From the NCBI GenBank assembly GCA_009844405.1, contig VYBO01000003.1:11214-75213 (forward strand): a DNA stretch of 64,000 nucleotides, read 5' to 3'. The translations under genes were made by a program, and so were the position numbers. This stretch comes from Acidimicrobiaceae bacterium (GTDB lineage: Bacteria; Actinomycetota; Acidimicrobiia; Acidimicrobiales; Aldehydirespiratoraceae). The notes under the pieces are model-generated. The model worked only from the letters and a program-made list of their open reading frames with translations. It searched no databases and was not told where the DNA came from. Below are positions 43,769 to 52,065 of this stretch, piece by piece. The stretch's first letter is position 1. The number at the start of each line of letters is the position of its first letter.

Positions 43769-43812
43769 CCCGCTCCTGTTCGCTTCGCTCACGGGCCGCT
43801 CGGGCCACGGCC
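43769..43812. repeat. 44-nt intergenic repeat, copy B
   Basis: CCCGCTCCTGTTCGCTTCGCTCACGGGCCGCTCGGGCCACGGCC; 43/44 identical to 23653..23696. Confidence 0.85.
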
Positions 43813-43884
43813 CCGCCCCGTATGGGCCGGGTCGCCCGCCTATCCGCGGGGCCTCTAAGGGTCTCCCGTCGCCGGCCCACCTAA

Positions 43885-43938
43885 ATCCAAAGCTCGCAAA
43901 AAATCCTAAGCTCGCAAAAGATCTAAAGCTCGCAAAAG
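43885..43938. repeat. 18-bp x3 tandem repeat (ATCCAAAGCTCGCAAAAA / ATCCTAAGCTCGCAAAAG / ATCTAAAGCTCGCAAAAG)
   Basis: Read directly. Line 43881..43940 is 25/60 G+C. A partial inverted core (GCGAGCA) lies at 43957..43963. Confidence 0.9.
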
Positions 43939-44055
43939 GGTATGCTGGGTTACCCCGCGAGCAAGGTCGGGATACGGGTGACAACACGACTAGCAAATCC
44001 CTCAGGCCGTAAGCGCCACTTCATGGCGACGGCCCAGGCTCAGCGGGCGTAGCGC

Positions 44056-45180
44056 ATGGCGAACGGCAATCCGTTCAAGCCGTCCTTCGGGGCCTCGCCA
44101 CCTGTGCTCGCAGGGCGCACGGGAGTCCTAGATGCACTCGGGGAGGCCTTGGACAGCGGTACGGGCCACCCCGATTTCACTTCGCTGCTCGTCGGAGTGC
44201 GCGGAGCGGGCAAGACGGCGACGCTCAACGCCGTGCAGGAGTATGCGCGAAACCGCGGTTGGCTGGTGATCGCGGAGACCGCCCACGGGGATCTGTGCAA
44301 CAGACTGGTCGCGGCGGTCTTGGAGCTGTCGGGTGGTGGCCACGATCGGGGCGGGCGGCCGCGGTTGGCGGGAATCAGTGCACTCGGCGTGGGCGTCGAG
44401 TTCACCCGAGCCAGCCCGGTGGGCGTCGGGGCGACCGAAGTCCGGCTGCGGTCCGTTCTGACGGACCTGGGCTCGCTCCTCACGTCCGAGCGTATAGGGC
44501 TGCTCATCACGCTCGACGAACTACAGGGCGGCGAACCGCCGGAGTTGCGCGAGTTTGCCACAACACTGCAGCACGTCACACGGCGTGAGTCGCTGCCGAT
44601 CGCGTTCGTGGGCGCGGGCCTTCCCAGCATCGACGACACCGTGCTCCGGGATTCAGCGATCACGTTCCTGCAGCGCTGCTCCCGCCATGAGATCGCTGAG
44701 TTGTCCGACGCGGCCACTGCGACGGCCTTCGCTGAGCCGATAGCCGCGCATGGGGGACGCATCAGCGACGACGCGCTGCGCCGCGCCGTTGAAACCAGCA
44801 ATGGATACCCCTTCATGGTGCAGCTCATCGGCTTTCACTCCTGGCGGGCCGCATCCTCCGACCCGCCGAACCTGCAGATCGCAGACGTGTCGTCGGGCAT
44901 AGCCGAGGCTGAGCGCCGGCTCCCCCACCTCGTGCTGGCGCCCATGTGGCGATCGATGTCGGGAGTGGACCGCCGGTTCGCCCTAGCCATGGCCCAAGAC
45001 GACGGCGAGACCTCGACCGCTGATCTCTCAAAGCGCCTCGGTCGCAGTTCAAGCTATATCAGCACCTACCGGTCGCGGCTCATCCGCGCCGGCTTCATCC
45101 GCAGCACCGGCCACGGCCGCGTCGAGTTCGCCCATCAAGCCACCCGCGCCTGGCTGCGATCCCCCGACCGGACCCCCTGA
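44056..45180 (+). CDS. AAA+ ATPase with a C-terminal winged-helix DNA-binding domain (Arch_ATPase / Orc-Cdc6-like layout)
   Basis: 374 aa. Walker A GVRGAGKT, Walker B LLITLDELQ, C-terminal TSTADLSKRLGRSSSYISTYRSRLIRAGFIRSTGHGRVEF. Confidence 0.7.
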   Translation: MANGNPFKPSFGASPPVLAGRTGVLDALGEALDSGTGHPDFTSLLVGVRGAGKTATLNAVQEYARNRGWLVIAETAHGDLCNRLVAAVLELSGGGHDRGGRPRLAGISALGVGVEFTRASPVGVGATEVRLRSVLTDLGSLLTSERIGLLITLDELQGGEPPELREFATTLQHVTRRESLPIAFVGAGLPSIDDTVLRDSAITFLQRCSRHEIAELSDAATATAFAEPIAAHGGRISDDALRRAVETSNGYPFMVQLIGFHSWRAASSDPPNLQIADVSSGIAEAERRLPHLVLAPMWRSMSGVDRRFALAMAQDDGETSTADLSKRLGRSSSYISTYRSRLIRAGFIRSTGHGRVEFAHQATRAWLRSPDRTP

Positions 45181-45207
45181 CAGTTCGGCCACGGGCCAGC
45201 CCGAGCT

Positions 45208-46608
45208 TCAGGCGAGGCGGCGGTCCAGGTCGAGGAGGGCCTGCCGGAAGCACTCGATGGGGGCGTGGGCCACCCCGGCGCCGACCTGGCCCGAGCCGTC
45301 GGAGACGTGGACGATCCCGGTGTTCACCGCAGGGGTTGTCGAGCTCTCGACCACCCGCCGGACGTCGACCCCCAGCGGGGTGCCGGCGTTGTCGAGAACG
45401 GGCAGCCGGAGACGGGTGCTGGTCCCGGCACAGATACGGCTCATGGCTGCGGTGACCGCGGCCGCGTCGGCCATCCTGCCCCCGAGGAAGCCGGCCACCG
45501 CGGGCGAGTTGGCCGCGGCCGCTCCACCGAGGCCCACCAACTCCAGCACGGCACTGTCGCCGATGTCGGGGGCGCTCGTGTCCGGTCCCTGACTGGGGTA
45601 GTACAGGGCGTTCTGCACCGGCGGCGACGCCGCGATGTGCCACGTACCGGAGTCGCCGGCCAGACGGATGCCGTAGGTGGTGCCGTTGCGGGCCATGGAG
45701 GTGACGATGCTCGATTCGGGCACCTGGCCGGCCCACTCGGTGAGGGAGCGAGCGCCCGCCATGGCGATGTTGAGGAACATCAGATGGTTGGTGCTCAGGA
45801 AGTCGGCCACCTCGCCGATCCTGTCCGTGCCGGCGCGGACCAGGTGCGGCAGCAGGTCGCGCAGCAGGAGGTTGGTGGTGGCCTGGACCCGCATGTGGAC
45901 GTCGTCGCCCATGGTGATGCCCTGGGCGGCCAGAGAGAAGACGTCGATTGGACCGACCCGGTCGAGGGCCCGGGCCAGCGTCGGAGCCAGCGCGTCGCGC
46001 AGGAATCTGAGGCGCTCGATGGCTTCATCGGAGTCCACCCCGAACCAGGGGACGGCCCCCGAGCCCTGGTTGAGGCTGGAATAGGCCGTGGCGCCTCCGG
46101 CGTCGACGGAGACCACGTACACCGGAGCGCAGGGCCCGATGGCACTGGCCATGGGCACCACCGTGGAGTGCTCGTTGGCCGCCCCGAGCCGGATCTCGCC
46201 GGCGTTCAACATGCGGTCGGCGGCGTCGCGGTCCGGGGCCCACTCCTCGGCCACGACCGCGGCGCGGACCGAGCGCCGGAGCGGGTCGCACATCTCGGGC
46301 CAGCCGATGGGCGGGCCGCAGTGAAGGATCGTGCCCGACTCGAGACCCTCGATGACCGCGCCGGCCGTCTCGACGCCGAGCAGCATCGGCACACCCCGGT
46401 CGAGGCGGTCGATCACCTCAGCGTTGGCCGCGTCGATCCGGTCGGCGGCGGGGCCCAGCAGCCTGGCAAGGGCGGCCACCGCCTCCGTGTCGCCGCCGGC
46501 CGGGATGCGCCAGTCCACCCCCACCGCGGGCGCGCCCTGATCGCGTACGGCCGTCTCGAACCGCTCCAGCCCGATGTTGACGACCGCGACCCGTTCGGGC
46601 AGCCCCAC
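45208..46608 (-). CDS. DUF1116 protein (YlbE/AllG-like)
   Basis: 466 aa. Segments ILHCGPPIGWPEMCDPLRRS and GDDVHMRVQATTNLL match my recollection of DUF1116. Confidence 0.65.
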   Translation of the reverse strand: MGLPERVAVVNIGLERFETAVRDQGAPAVGVDWRIPAGGDTEAVAALARLLGPAADRIDAANAEVIDRLDRGVPMLLGVETAGAVIEGLESGTILHCGPPIGWPEMCDPLRRSVRAAVVAEEWAPDRDAADRMLNAGEIRLGAANEHSTVVPMASAIGPCAPVYVVSVDAGGATAYSSLNQGSGAVPWFGVDSDEAIERLRFLRDALAPTLARALDRVGPIDVFSLAAQGITMGDDVHMRVQATTNLLLRDLLPHLVRAGTDRIGEVADFLSTNHLMFLNIAMAGARSLTEWAGQVPESSIVTSMARNGTTYGIRLAGDSGTWHIAASPPVQNALYYPSQGPDTSAPDIGDSAVLELVGLGGAAAANSPAVAGFLGGRMADAAAVTAAMSRICAGTSTRLRLPVLDNAGTPLGVDVRRVVESSTTPAVNTGIVHVSDGSGQVGAGVAHAPIECFRQALLDLDRRLA

Positions 46609-46624
46609 GATGCCCTACCGACCG

Positions 46625-46671
46625 TTCTGTGAGCAGATGTGCCGGCTGAGGCGGCTTCGTTGCTCACAGAA
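46625..46671. other. hairpin/palindrome TTCTGTGAGCA-N25-TGCTCACAGAA between the GNAT and DUF1116 genes
   Basis: 11-bp perfect inverted arms read directly. The loop contains a GCCG...CGGC sub-stem. Confidence 0.5.
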
Positions 46672-46695
46672 ACGATGAACTAGCAACTCGGGGCC

Positions 46696-47259
46696 TTACG
46701 ACATCGTGACCAGCAGCGCGCTGGGCGCGTCGCGGGCCGCGGGCAGGCGCAGGCAGGCGTCGTCGGGAATCTCGCTCTCGGCCAGGTTGCCGGCGCGGGA
46801 AAGTTCGAATGTCATCGGCTGATGGGGCAGCCCGTAGTAGGCCACGGGCGGGCCGTTGTGCTCCCATCCCAGACGCTCGAAGAAGTTGACGTTCTGGAGT
46901 TGAACAAAGGCGTCCATCACGTCGCCCCCCGCGGCGGCTGCGGTGGAGACCGCGAACCGCACGAGCCGCATGCCCACGATGCCGGCCCGGTGCCCGGGCA
47001 GCACGGCCAGCCGGTCACCCTTCCAGCGGCCGGCCGTGTCGGTGCGGTACAGCCGCACAGTCCCGATCGCCACCGATCCCCGCCCCGCCAGAACATGGAC
47101 GGTGTCGGGGTCGCGATCCCAGTCGTCGACGTCGGTGAAGGGGATGACCCGCTGCTCCTCGACGAAGATGCGGTGACGGATACGCATATGCCAGCTCTTC
47201 GCGGCCGGGTCGACGGCCCGCCAACACACGATCCGCTCGGAAGGCCTCAACTGCGTCAA
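46696..47259 (-). CDS. GNAT acetyltransferase (MSMEG_0567-like)
   Basis: HRIFVEEQRVIP...VAIGTVRLY...LAVLPGHRAGIVGMRLVRFAV. Candidate TTG start at 47259 overlaps the radical-SAM stop (TTGA); the alternative is ATG 47187. The track's extension to 48003 is discarded. Confidence 0.7.
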   Translation of the reverse strand: MTQLRPSERIVCWRAVDPAAKSWHMRIRHRIFVEEQRVIPFTDVDDWDRDPDTVHVLAGRGSVAIGTVRLYRTDTAGRWKGDRLAVLPGHRAGIVGMRLVRFAVSTAAAAGGDVMDAFVQLQNVNFFERLGWEHNGPPVAYYGLPHQPMTFELSRAGNLAESEIPDDACLRLPAARDAPSALLVTMS

Positions 47260-48398
47260 CCTGTCGCTCGCACCGGAATGAGCTTGCGGTCGCCGTTGGC
47301 CTGCAGCTCTCGCTCCAGCGCCCCCACCGGCGAGCACGCCTGGCAACGTGCGCAGCCCGCGGCGACCAGGTCCGCGGTCAAACCCCGCTCCACCAGGAAC
47401 GGGGCGACCTTGCGGGCGACGTTCTCCACGTAGTCCGATGGGGGGGGCATCCAGTCGCCCATGAGGGAGCCGGGCACGGGCCGGAGCGGCACGATGAAGG
47501 GGTACACGCCGATGTCGGCGGCCCGCCGGCAGCCCTCCACGATCAGGTCCGGGTCCTCGCCCATGCCCAGGATCACATAGGTGGAGACCTGGCCCTCGCC
47601 GAAGCGCTCGACGGCGTACTCCCAGGTCTCGAAGTACCGCTCGACGCCGGTGCGGTACTTCGGGGGCGCGACCCACTCCAGCACGGCCGGGTCGAAGGTC
47701 TCGATGTGGATCCCCACCGAGTCGATGCCCCGGTCGGCGACCTGGTCGATCACGCTCAGGTCGTCGGGCGGCTCGAACTGCACCTCGACCGGGAGGCCCG
47801 AGGACTCCTTCATGGCCTCCCCGCACCTGGCCACATAGAGGGCTCCCTTGTCGCGGCCGTAAGTGGAGCCGGTGGTCAGCGTGACATCCACGGCGCCGTC
47901 CAGTTCCTTGGCCGCCACCGCCACCTCGGCCAGCTGCGCCGGCCGCTTCACCAGCACAGTGCTGCCTGAGGCCAGCGACACGCCAATGCCGCAGAAGCGG
48001 CACTGGTCCTCGTTGCCCCAGTAGGCGCAGGTCTGCAGGACGGTGCTGGCCAGCGAGTCGAGGTGCATCAGGGCAAGGTGCCAGTACGGGACGCCGTCGT
48101 CGGTGGTCAGGCCGTAGAAGCGGGGCCGGTCGGCCGGAGCGGCGCCGGCGAGGCGGATCCCGTCGGCGTATATGCCGAAGCCGACGTCCTCGGGCTCCAG
48201 CGTGTAGGGGGAGTCGGCCACGAAGGAGGCGTCCACCGGAACCGTCACCGCGGTTCCCTCGATCCAGACCATCCCCGCGTCCGAGGGGCCGGCCCCGCCG
48301 GGCCGGCGCTCGAAGGGAGCGTTGATCCTCAGACCCTTGAACTGGAGGTCGATTATGAGCTCGGCCAGCGACACTGCGCCATTATTACCACCGGACAT
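47256..48398 (-). CDS. radical SAM-like enzyme (MSMEG_0568-like)
   Basis: 380 aa. Cys cluster CAYWGNEDQCRFCG and TIM-barrel-like periodicity. Placed next to the GNAT as in Nit1C clusters. Confidence 0.7.
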   Translation of the reverse strand: MSGGNNGAVSLAELIIDLQFKGLRINAPFERRPGGAGPSDAGMVWIEGTAVTVPVDASFVADSPYTLEPEDVGFGIYADGIRLAGAAPADRPRFYGLTTDDGVPYWHLALMHLDSLASTVLQTCAYWGNEDQCRFCGIGVSLASGSTVLVKRPAQLAEVAVAAKELDGAVDVTLTTGSTYGRDKGALYVARCGEAMKESSGLPVEVQFEPPDDLSVIDQVADRGIDSVGIHIETFDPAVLEWVAPPKYRTGVERYFETWEYAVERFGEGQVSTYVILGMGEDPDLIVEGCRRAADIGVYPFIVPLRPVPGSLMGDWMPPPSDYVENVARKVAPFLVERGLTADLVAAGCARCQACSPVGALERELQANGDRKLIPVRATG

Positions 48399-48426
48399 GG
48401 GGATGCGCCGTGTCCGCCGGTAGACC

Positions 48427-48795
48427 CTAATGGGCGTGGTCGTGGTGGTGATGGTCGTGGCCGCCGTGGTCGTGGTCGTGGCCAGGCGGGCGGGCTGCGT
48501 AAGCCGCGGCCAACTCGTCCACCTCGGATCCCGCCACGATCTCCCGTTCGGCGACGATCGACTCGAGGGCCTCCTGCCAGCGCTCGTAGTACCGGTACTC
48601 CCCCACCGGGTCCGACTCCCAGCGCTGCACGGCCGCGATCAGGTGGTCGCGGAAGTCGTCCCAGGTGAAGTGGCCGCCCTCCACCAGAGCCATGGCCATC
48701 GCGAAGCTGCGCCCCTGCCAGGGCGCGTCGAACACCAGCTCGCCGTTGAGCCGTGGCGGAGCGGCCGGGCCTTCGATGTCGAGAGTGAGAGCCAC
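48427..48795 (-). CDS. nitrile hydratase accessory (activator) protein with a His-rich tail
   Basis: 122 aa. Beta-subunit-like N-terminus FDAPWQGRSFAMAMAL and tail PPGHDHDHGGHDHHHHDHAH. Confidence 0.8.
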   Translation of the reverse strand: MALTLDIEGPAAPPRLNGELVFDAPWQGRSFAMAMALVEGGHFTWDDFRDHLIAAVQRWESDPVGEYRYYERWQEALESIVAEREIVAGSEVDELAAAYAARPPGHDHDHGGHDHHHHDHAH

Positions 48796-48805
48796 CGCCG
48801 CCCGT

Positions 48806-49402
48806 TCAGCCTGCGCTGACCTTGGCCACCCCCACCATGGCGTCGCGGGTCACCAGCGCAGCCAGCTCGTCCTCGCCGAGGTCGTCGGTGCCTTCGGGGC
48901 GCTGGGGAAGGACCAGGTAGCGGTTCTCGGCGCTGGAGTCCCACACCCGGACCTCCACATCGTCGTCGAGGTCCAGGCCCATCTCGCTCAGCAGCGTGCG
49001 GGGCTCGCGCACCATGCGACTGCGGTAGGCGGGGTCCTTGTACCACTCCGGCGGCAGGCCCAGTACCGGCCACGGGTAGCACGAGCACAGCGTGCACACC
49101 ACCACGTTGTGCACGTCGTCGGAGTTCTCGACCACCACGATGTGCTCGCCCTGGGGTCCGGCGAAGCCCAGCTCCTTGATGGCGCCGGTGCCGTCGGCCA
49201 GCAGGTGCTGGCGGTAGTCGGGGTCGGTCCACGCCTTGGCCACCACCTTGGCGCCGTTCATGGGGCCGACGTCGTTGACGAAACGGTTGATGAAGCCGTC
49301 GAGCACCTCGGACTTGACCAGGCCGCGCTCGGTCAGCAGGGACTCCAGCGCCTCGGTCCGCACCGCGGGCGGGAGCCGGTCGGTGGTGTTGGTGTCAGCC
49401 AT
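48806..49402 (-). CDS. nthA: nitrile hydratase alpha subunit, cobalt type
   Basis: 198 aa with the metal-site motif [11 protein letters not shown] (the Co type has T and Y where the Fe type has S and T). Confidence 0.95.
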   Translation of the reverse strand: MADTNTTDRLPPAVRTEALESLLTERGLVKSEVLDGFINRFVNDVGPMNGAKVVAKAWTDPDYRQHLLADGTGAIKELGFAGPQGEHIVVVENSDDVHNVVVCTLCSCYPWPVLGLPPEWYKDPAYRSRMVREPRTLLSEMGLDLDDDVEVRVWDSSAENRYLVLPQRPEGTDDLGEDELAALVTRDAMVGVAKVSAG

Positions 49403-50062
49403 CTAGGTCGCCTCCAGGTAGCTCTCGAACAGGTCGATGCGCAGCGTGGCCGCCTCCGCGTCCGGGCCCCACAGCTCGGCGGAGTCGAACTCCACGGTGT
49501 ACACGTGCTGGGGGTTCTCGCCCTCGAAGTGGGCGTTGGTGTCGGGCAGCAGCGCGGCGGGGCGCAGCGCGTGGACGGTGCCGGTGCGGCCCCGGATGTA
49601 GCCGGGCATCCGGGTGTGGCCGCCGGTGCGAATGTCCTTGGCCCGCACCCGGTCACCCGGTGAGAAGGCGGGCTCGTCGTCGATCTCGCGCAGCGAGCCG
49701 GCGCCGCCTCGCTCGTAGACGGGCTTGTTCTCCTCGACGTCGGCCGGGTCGTCGACCGGCTCCCCCATCAGGTTCCGGGCCCTGGCCTCCACCGCTCCGG
49801 GCGAGAGCACGCCGCTGTCGACCAGCAGCGTCTCGGCACAGGCCAGCCAGCGACCGTAGTAGCCGTCGGCCAGGTAGTCGTACGGGTGCAGGCGCTCCAG
49901 GCCGTGGCGGAAGGCGTCGAGGTTGGTGCCCGACAGGCCCATCGACATGGCTCCCATGGCGAAGGCCCGGCCGTGCCACCGCTCCCGGAAGACCGGCTCG
50001 TCGGGGTCGATGGCCACGGTGCCCCAGCCCTGCATTCCCCCCATGTCATGTATGCCGTCCAT
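49403..50062 (-). CDS. nthB: nitrile hydratase beta subunit
   Basis: 219 aa from ATG 50062. Begins MDGIHDMGGMQGWG, the canonical beta N-terminus. The track's extension to 50476 is discarded. Confidence 0.9.
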   Translation of the reverse strand: MDGIHDMGGMQGWGTVAIDPDEPVFRERWHGRAFAMGAMSMGLSGTNLDAFRHGLERLHPYDYLADGYYGRWLACAETLLVDSGVLSPGAVEARARNLMGEPVDDPADVEENKPVYERGGAGSLREIDDEPAFSPGDRVRAKDIRTGGHTRMPGYIRGRTGTVHALRPAALLPDTNAHFEGENPQHVYTVEFDSAELWGPDAEAATLRIDLFESYLEAT

Positions 50063-50162
50063 CGGTGCCTCCCGTTCTGGTGGATTACTCGATCGCCGAC
50101 CCAGAATGCCAACTTTGCCAACTATATGGTGGGAGCGGGCCGCAAGAGGAGCGAAGCGCCGC

Positions 50163-50555
50163 CTAACGCGCGCCGGCCCTCGTCTCAAGCGACGTTGTGC
50201 GCTCGCCGAGCGCCGCTGTGGCGGCCAGGGCCTGCAGATGGAGTTCCACCATCCGGTCATGGAGTGCGACGACCCGGTCGCCCTGCTCGGCGATGGCCGC
50301 CATGGCCTCACGGTGCAGCCCGTCGGCATGGCCCCGCAGCCCGATCCCCTGCTCGGCGATGGCCGCCAAGACGGTGGTGTGCTCCTCGGCTCGCTGAGCG
50401 TTCTGCTTGAGCAGATAGTGCATGAGCACGCCGACGACCCCCGCCAGTCCCGACCCCATAACGGAAATAAAAGCAATCATCATGAAAAGCATCATATAGT
50501 ACTGAGGAGTCAGTGGCAACATCGGCGCTTGACCGGCTCTCTCACCCCCGTGCAA
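50163..50555 (-). CDS. hypothetical small membrane protein with an internal AAIAEQG repeat
   Basis: One TM helix (YYMMLFMMIAFISVMGSGLAGVVGVLM) and a duplicated segment (VLAAIAEQGIGL / AMAAIAEQGDRV). Start uncertain and the 5' region is AT-rich. Confidence 0.4.
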   Translation of the reverse strand: MHGGERAGQAPMLPLTPQYYMMLFMMIAFISVMGSGLAGVVGVLMHYLLKQNAQRAEEHTTVLAAIAEQGIGLRGHADGLHREAMAAIAEQGDRVVALHDRMVELHLQALAATAALGERTTSLETRAGAR

Positions 50556-52062
50556 CGAGAGCCCGGGCCTGGGCTAGGAGGCTCTCCTCGGTCTGGGCGT
50601 GGCGCTTCCGGGCCTCGACCGCCCGGGCTCGTAGCCGGGCCGCGTGGTCGGAGAACTCCTCGGCCATCGACCTGACTTCGCCGGGGGATGCTCCGCCGGT
50701 CGCCCGGCGGGTGGCGACGATCCGTCGGGGGTCGAGCGCTTCGGCCAGATCGGCCGGATCGAGCCCGAGATGCCGGCCGCAGACCGCCTCCGCAGCGTCG
50801 TCGAGCATCTCCGGGGTGATGTCCAGTCCTCGCAGCCCCCGACCGCTGGCAGCCCGAACTGCCTGTCCCACCACGTTGTAGGCCGTGCGGTAGTCGACGC
50901 CGCCGGCGACCATCACGTACTCGGCGAGGTCGGTGGCTTGGGTGAAGCCCCGCTCGAGCTCGGACCACATCCGCTCGGCGTTCACGGTCAGGGTCTTGAC
51001 GACTCCGGTCGTCAGGGCGCTCACCCGGATGGTGAAGTCGAGGGCCCGCGGGATCTCCCCGTAGGCGAAGATCAGATTGTCGCTGCGAGCCGACGGGCTC
51101 TTGACCACGGCCAGGAATCCGCTCATCCTGCCGATCAGAACGCCGCTGGCCCCCCTGATGATGGACAGCGAGTAGGGATTGCGCTTCTGGGGCATCAGCA
51201 CCGAGGCCCGGGTGAACGGCCCAGCGAGGTCGACGTAGTCGAACTCCTGGCTCGACCAGATCTCGAGGTCCTCGGCCAGCTTGGCCTGGTTGGCGATCAT
51301 GCTGGCCGAAGTGGCGAGCAGGTCGATGAAGACGTCGGTCTGCCACATGGCGTCGCGGGTGTGGGCGATGACCCCGTCGAACCCGAGCGCGTCGGCGATG
51401 GCGTCCCTGTCGTCGAGCAGCCGGCTGCCGTTGACGCAGCCCGCGCCTCCAGGGCTGGTGTTCACCTGGTCGAGGGCGGCCGAGAACCGCTCACCGTCAC
51501 GCAGCGCGGGTGGAACGAACGCGAGGAGGTAGTGCCCGAATGTCGACGGCTGGGCCTGCTGGAGGTAGGTCTGGTCGCCCATGAAGGTCTCAGCGTGGTC
51601 GGCGGCGACCGCAGAGGCCGCCGACGCGAAGTCGGCCCCCACCTCGATGAGGTGTGCCGTCTGGGACCGCAGCAGCAGCCTCAGCGCTACCCGGGCCGCC
51701 TCCCGCCGGGGACGACCAGCATGGAGCCACCCGGCGGAGTCGCCGATGCGTTGCGCGAAGTGGCGCTCCCGCGAGTTGTAGACCTCCCCGGTGGCGGCGT
51801 CGTACGGGAAGTCGGCGGGGTCGGTGCGGTGGGCTTCCAGCAGCACGCCCAGCAGCGCGGCCGCGGCCGGCTCGGGAATGAGGCTCCGGGCCCGTAGGTC
51901 GAGCACGTGACCCAGGTCGGCCAGGTTCAGACCGTGGTGCAGCAGCGGTGCGTCGGCGATCTCCCAGGCGAACCCGGCGTCGACCAGTTCCCGGGCCGGC
52001 GCCTCCGACGACGGCCCGGCGAGCCGCGGCACCGGGTTTGATCCCTTCGGGTCCACACTCAC
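50542..52062 (-). CDS. argininosuccinate lyase-like fumarate-lyase-family enzyme
   Basis: 506 aa. YLQQAQPSTFGHYLL and SVLMPQKRNPYSL (signature loop). Confidence 0.8.
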   Translation of the reverse strand: MSVDPKGSNPVPRLAGPSSEAPARELVDAGFAWEIADAPLLHHGLNLADLGHVLDLRARSLIPEPAAAALLGVLLEAHRTDPADFPYDAATGEVYNSRERHFAQRIGDSAGWLHAGRPRREAARVALRLLLRSQTAHLIEVGADFASAASAVAADHAETFMGDQTYLQQAQPSTFGHYLLAFVPPALRDGERFSAALDQVNTSPGGAGCVNGSRLLDDRDAIADALGFDGVIAHTRDAMWQTDVFIDLLATSASMIANQAKLAEDLEIWSSQEFDYVDLAGPFTRASVLMPQKRNPYSLSIIRGASGVLIGRMSGFLAVVKSPSARSDNLIFAYGEIPRALDFTIRVSALTTGVVKTLTVNAERMWSELERGFTQATDLAEYVMVAGGVDYRTAYNVVGQAVRAASGRGLRGLDITPEMLDDAAEAVCGRHLGLDPADLAEALDPRRIVATRRATGGASPGEVRSMAEEFSDHAARLRARAVEARKRHAQTEESLLAQARALVARG

Positions 52063-52065
52063 CGG

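Noticed and set aside
43885-43938. Possible CRISPR array (and likewise the 29834..30130 repeats)
   Set aside because: The units are contiguous 18-bp repeats, and the others are 9-nt coding repeats. There are no unique spacers and no cas genes, so this is not CRISPR.
43637-43996. 119-aa minus-strand ORF with FASFRSFASLGFFASFGF
   Set aside because: The peptide repeat is simply the translation of the 18-bp DNA tandem repeat in an AT-rich non-coding gap. It has no start context and no coding-like composition.
46696-48003. 435-aa ORF suggesting a large protein overlapping the radical SAM gene
   Set aside because: Only the last ~188 codons look like a GNAT. The upstream part is an out-of-frame overlap with the radical SAM gene and is Arg/Gly-rich.
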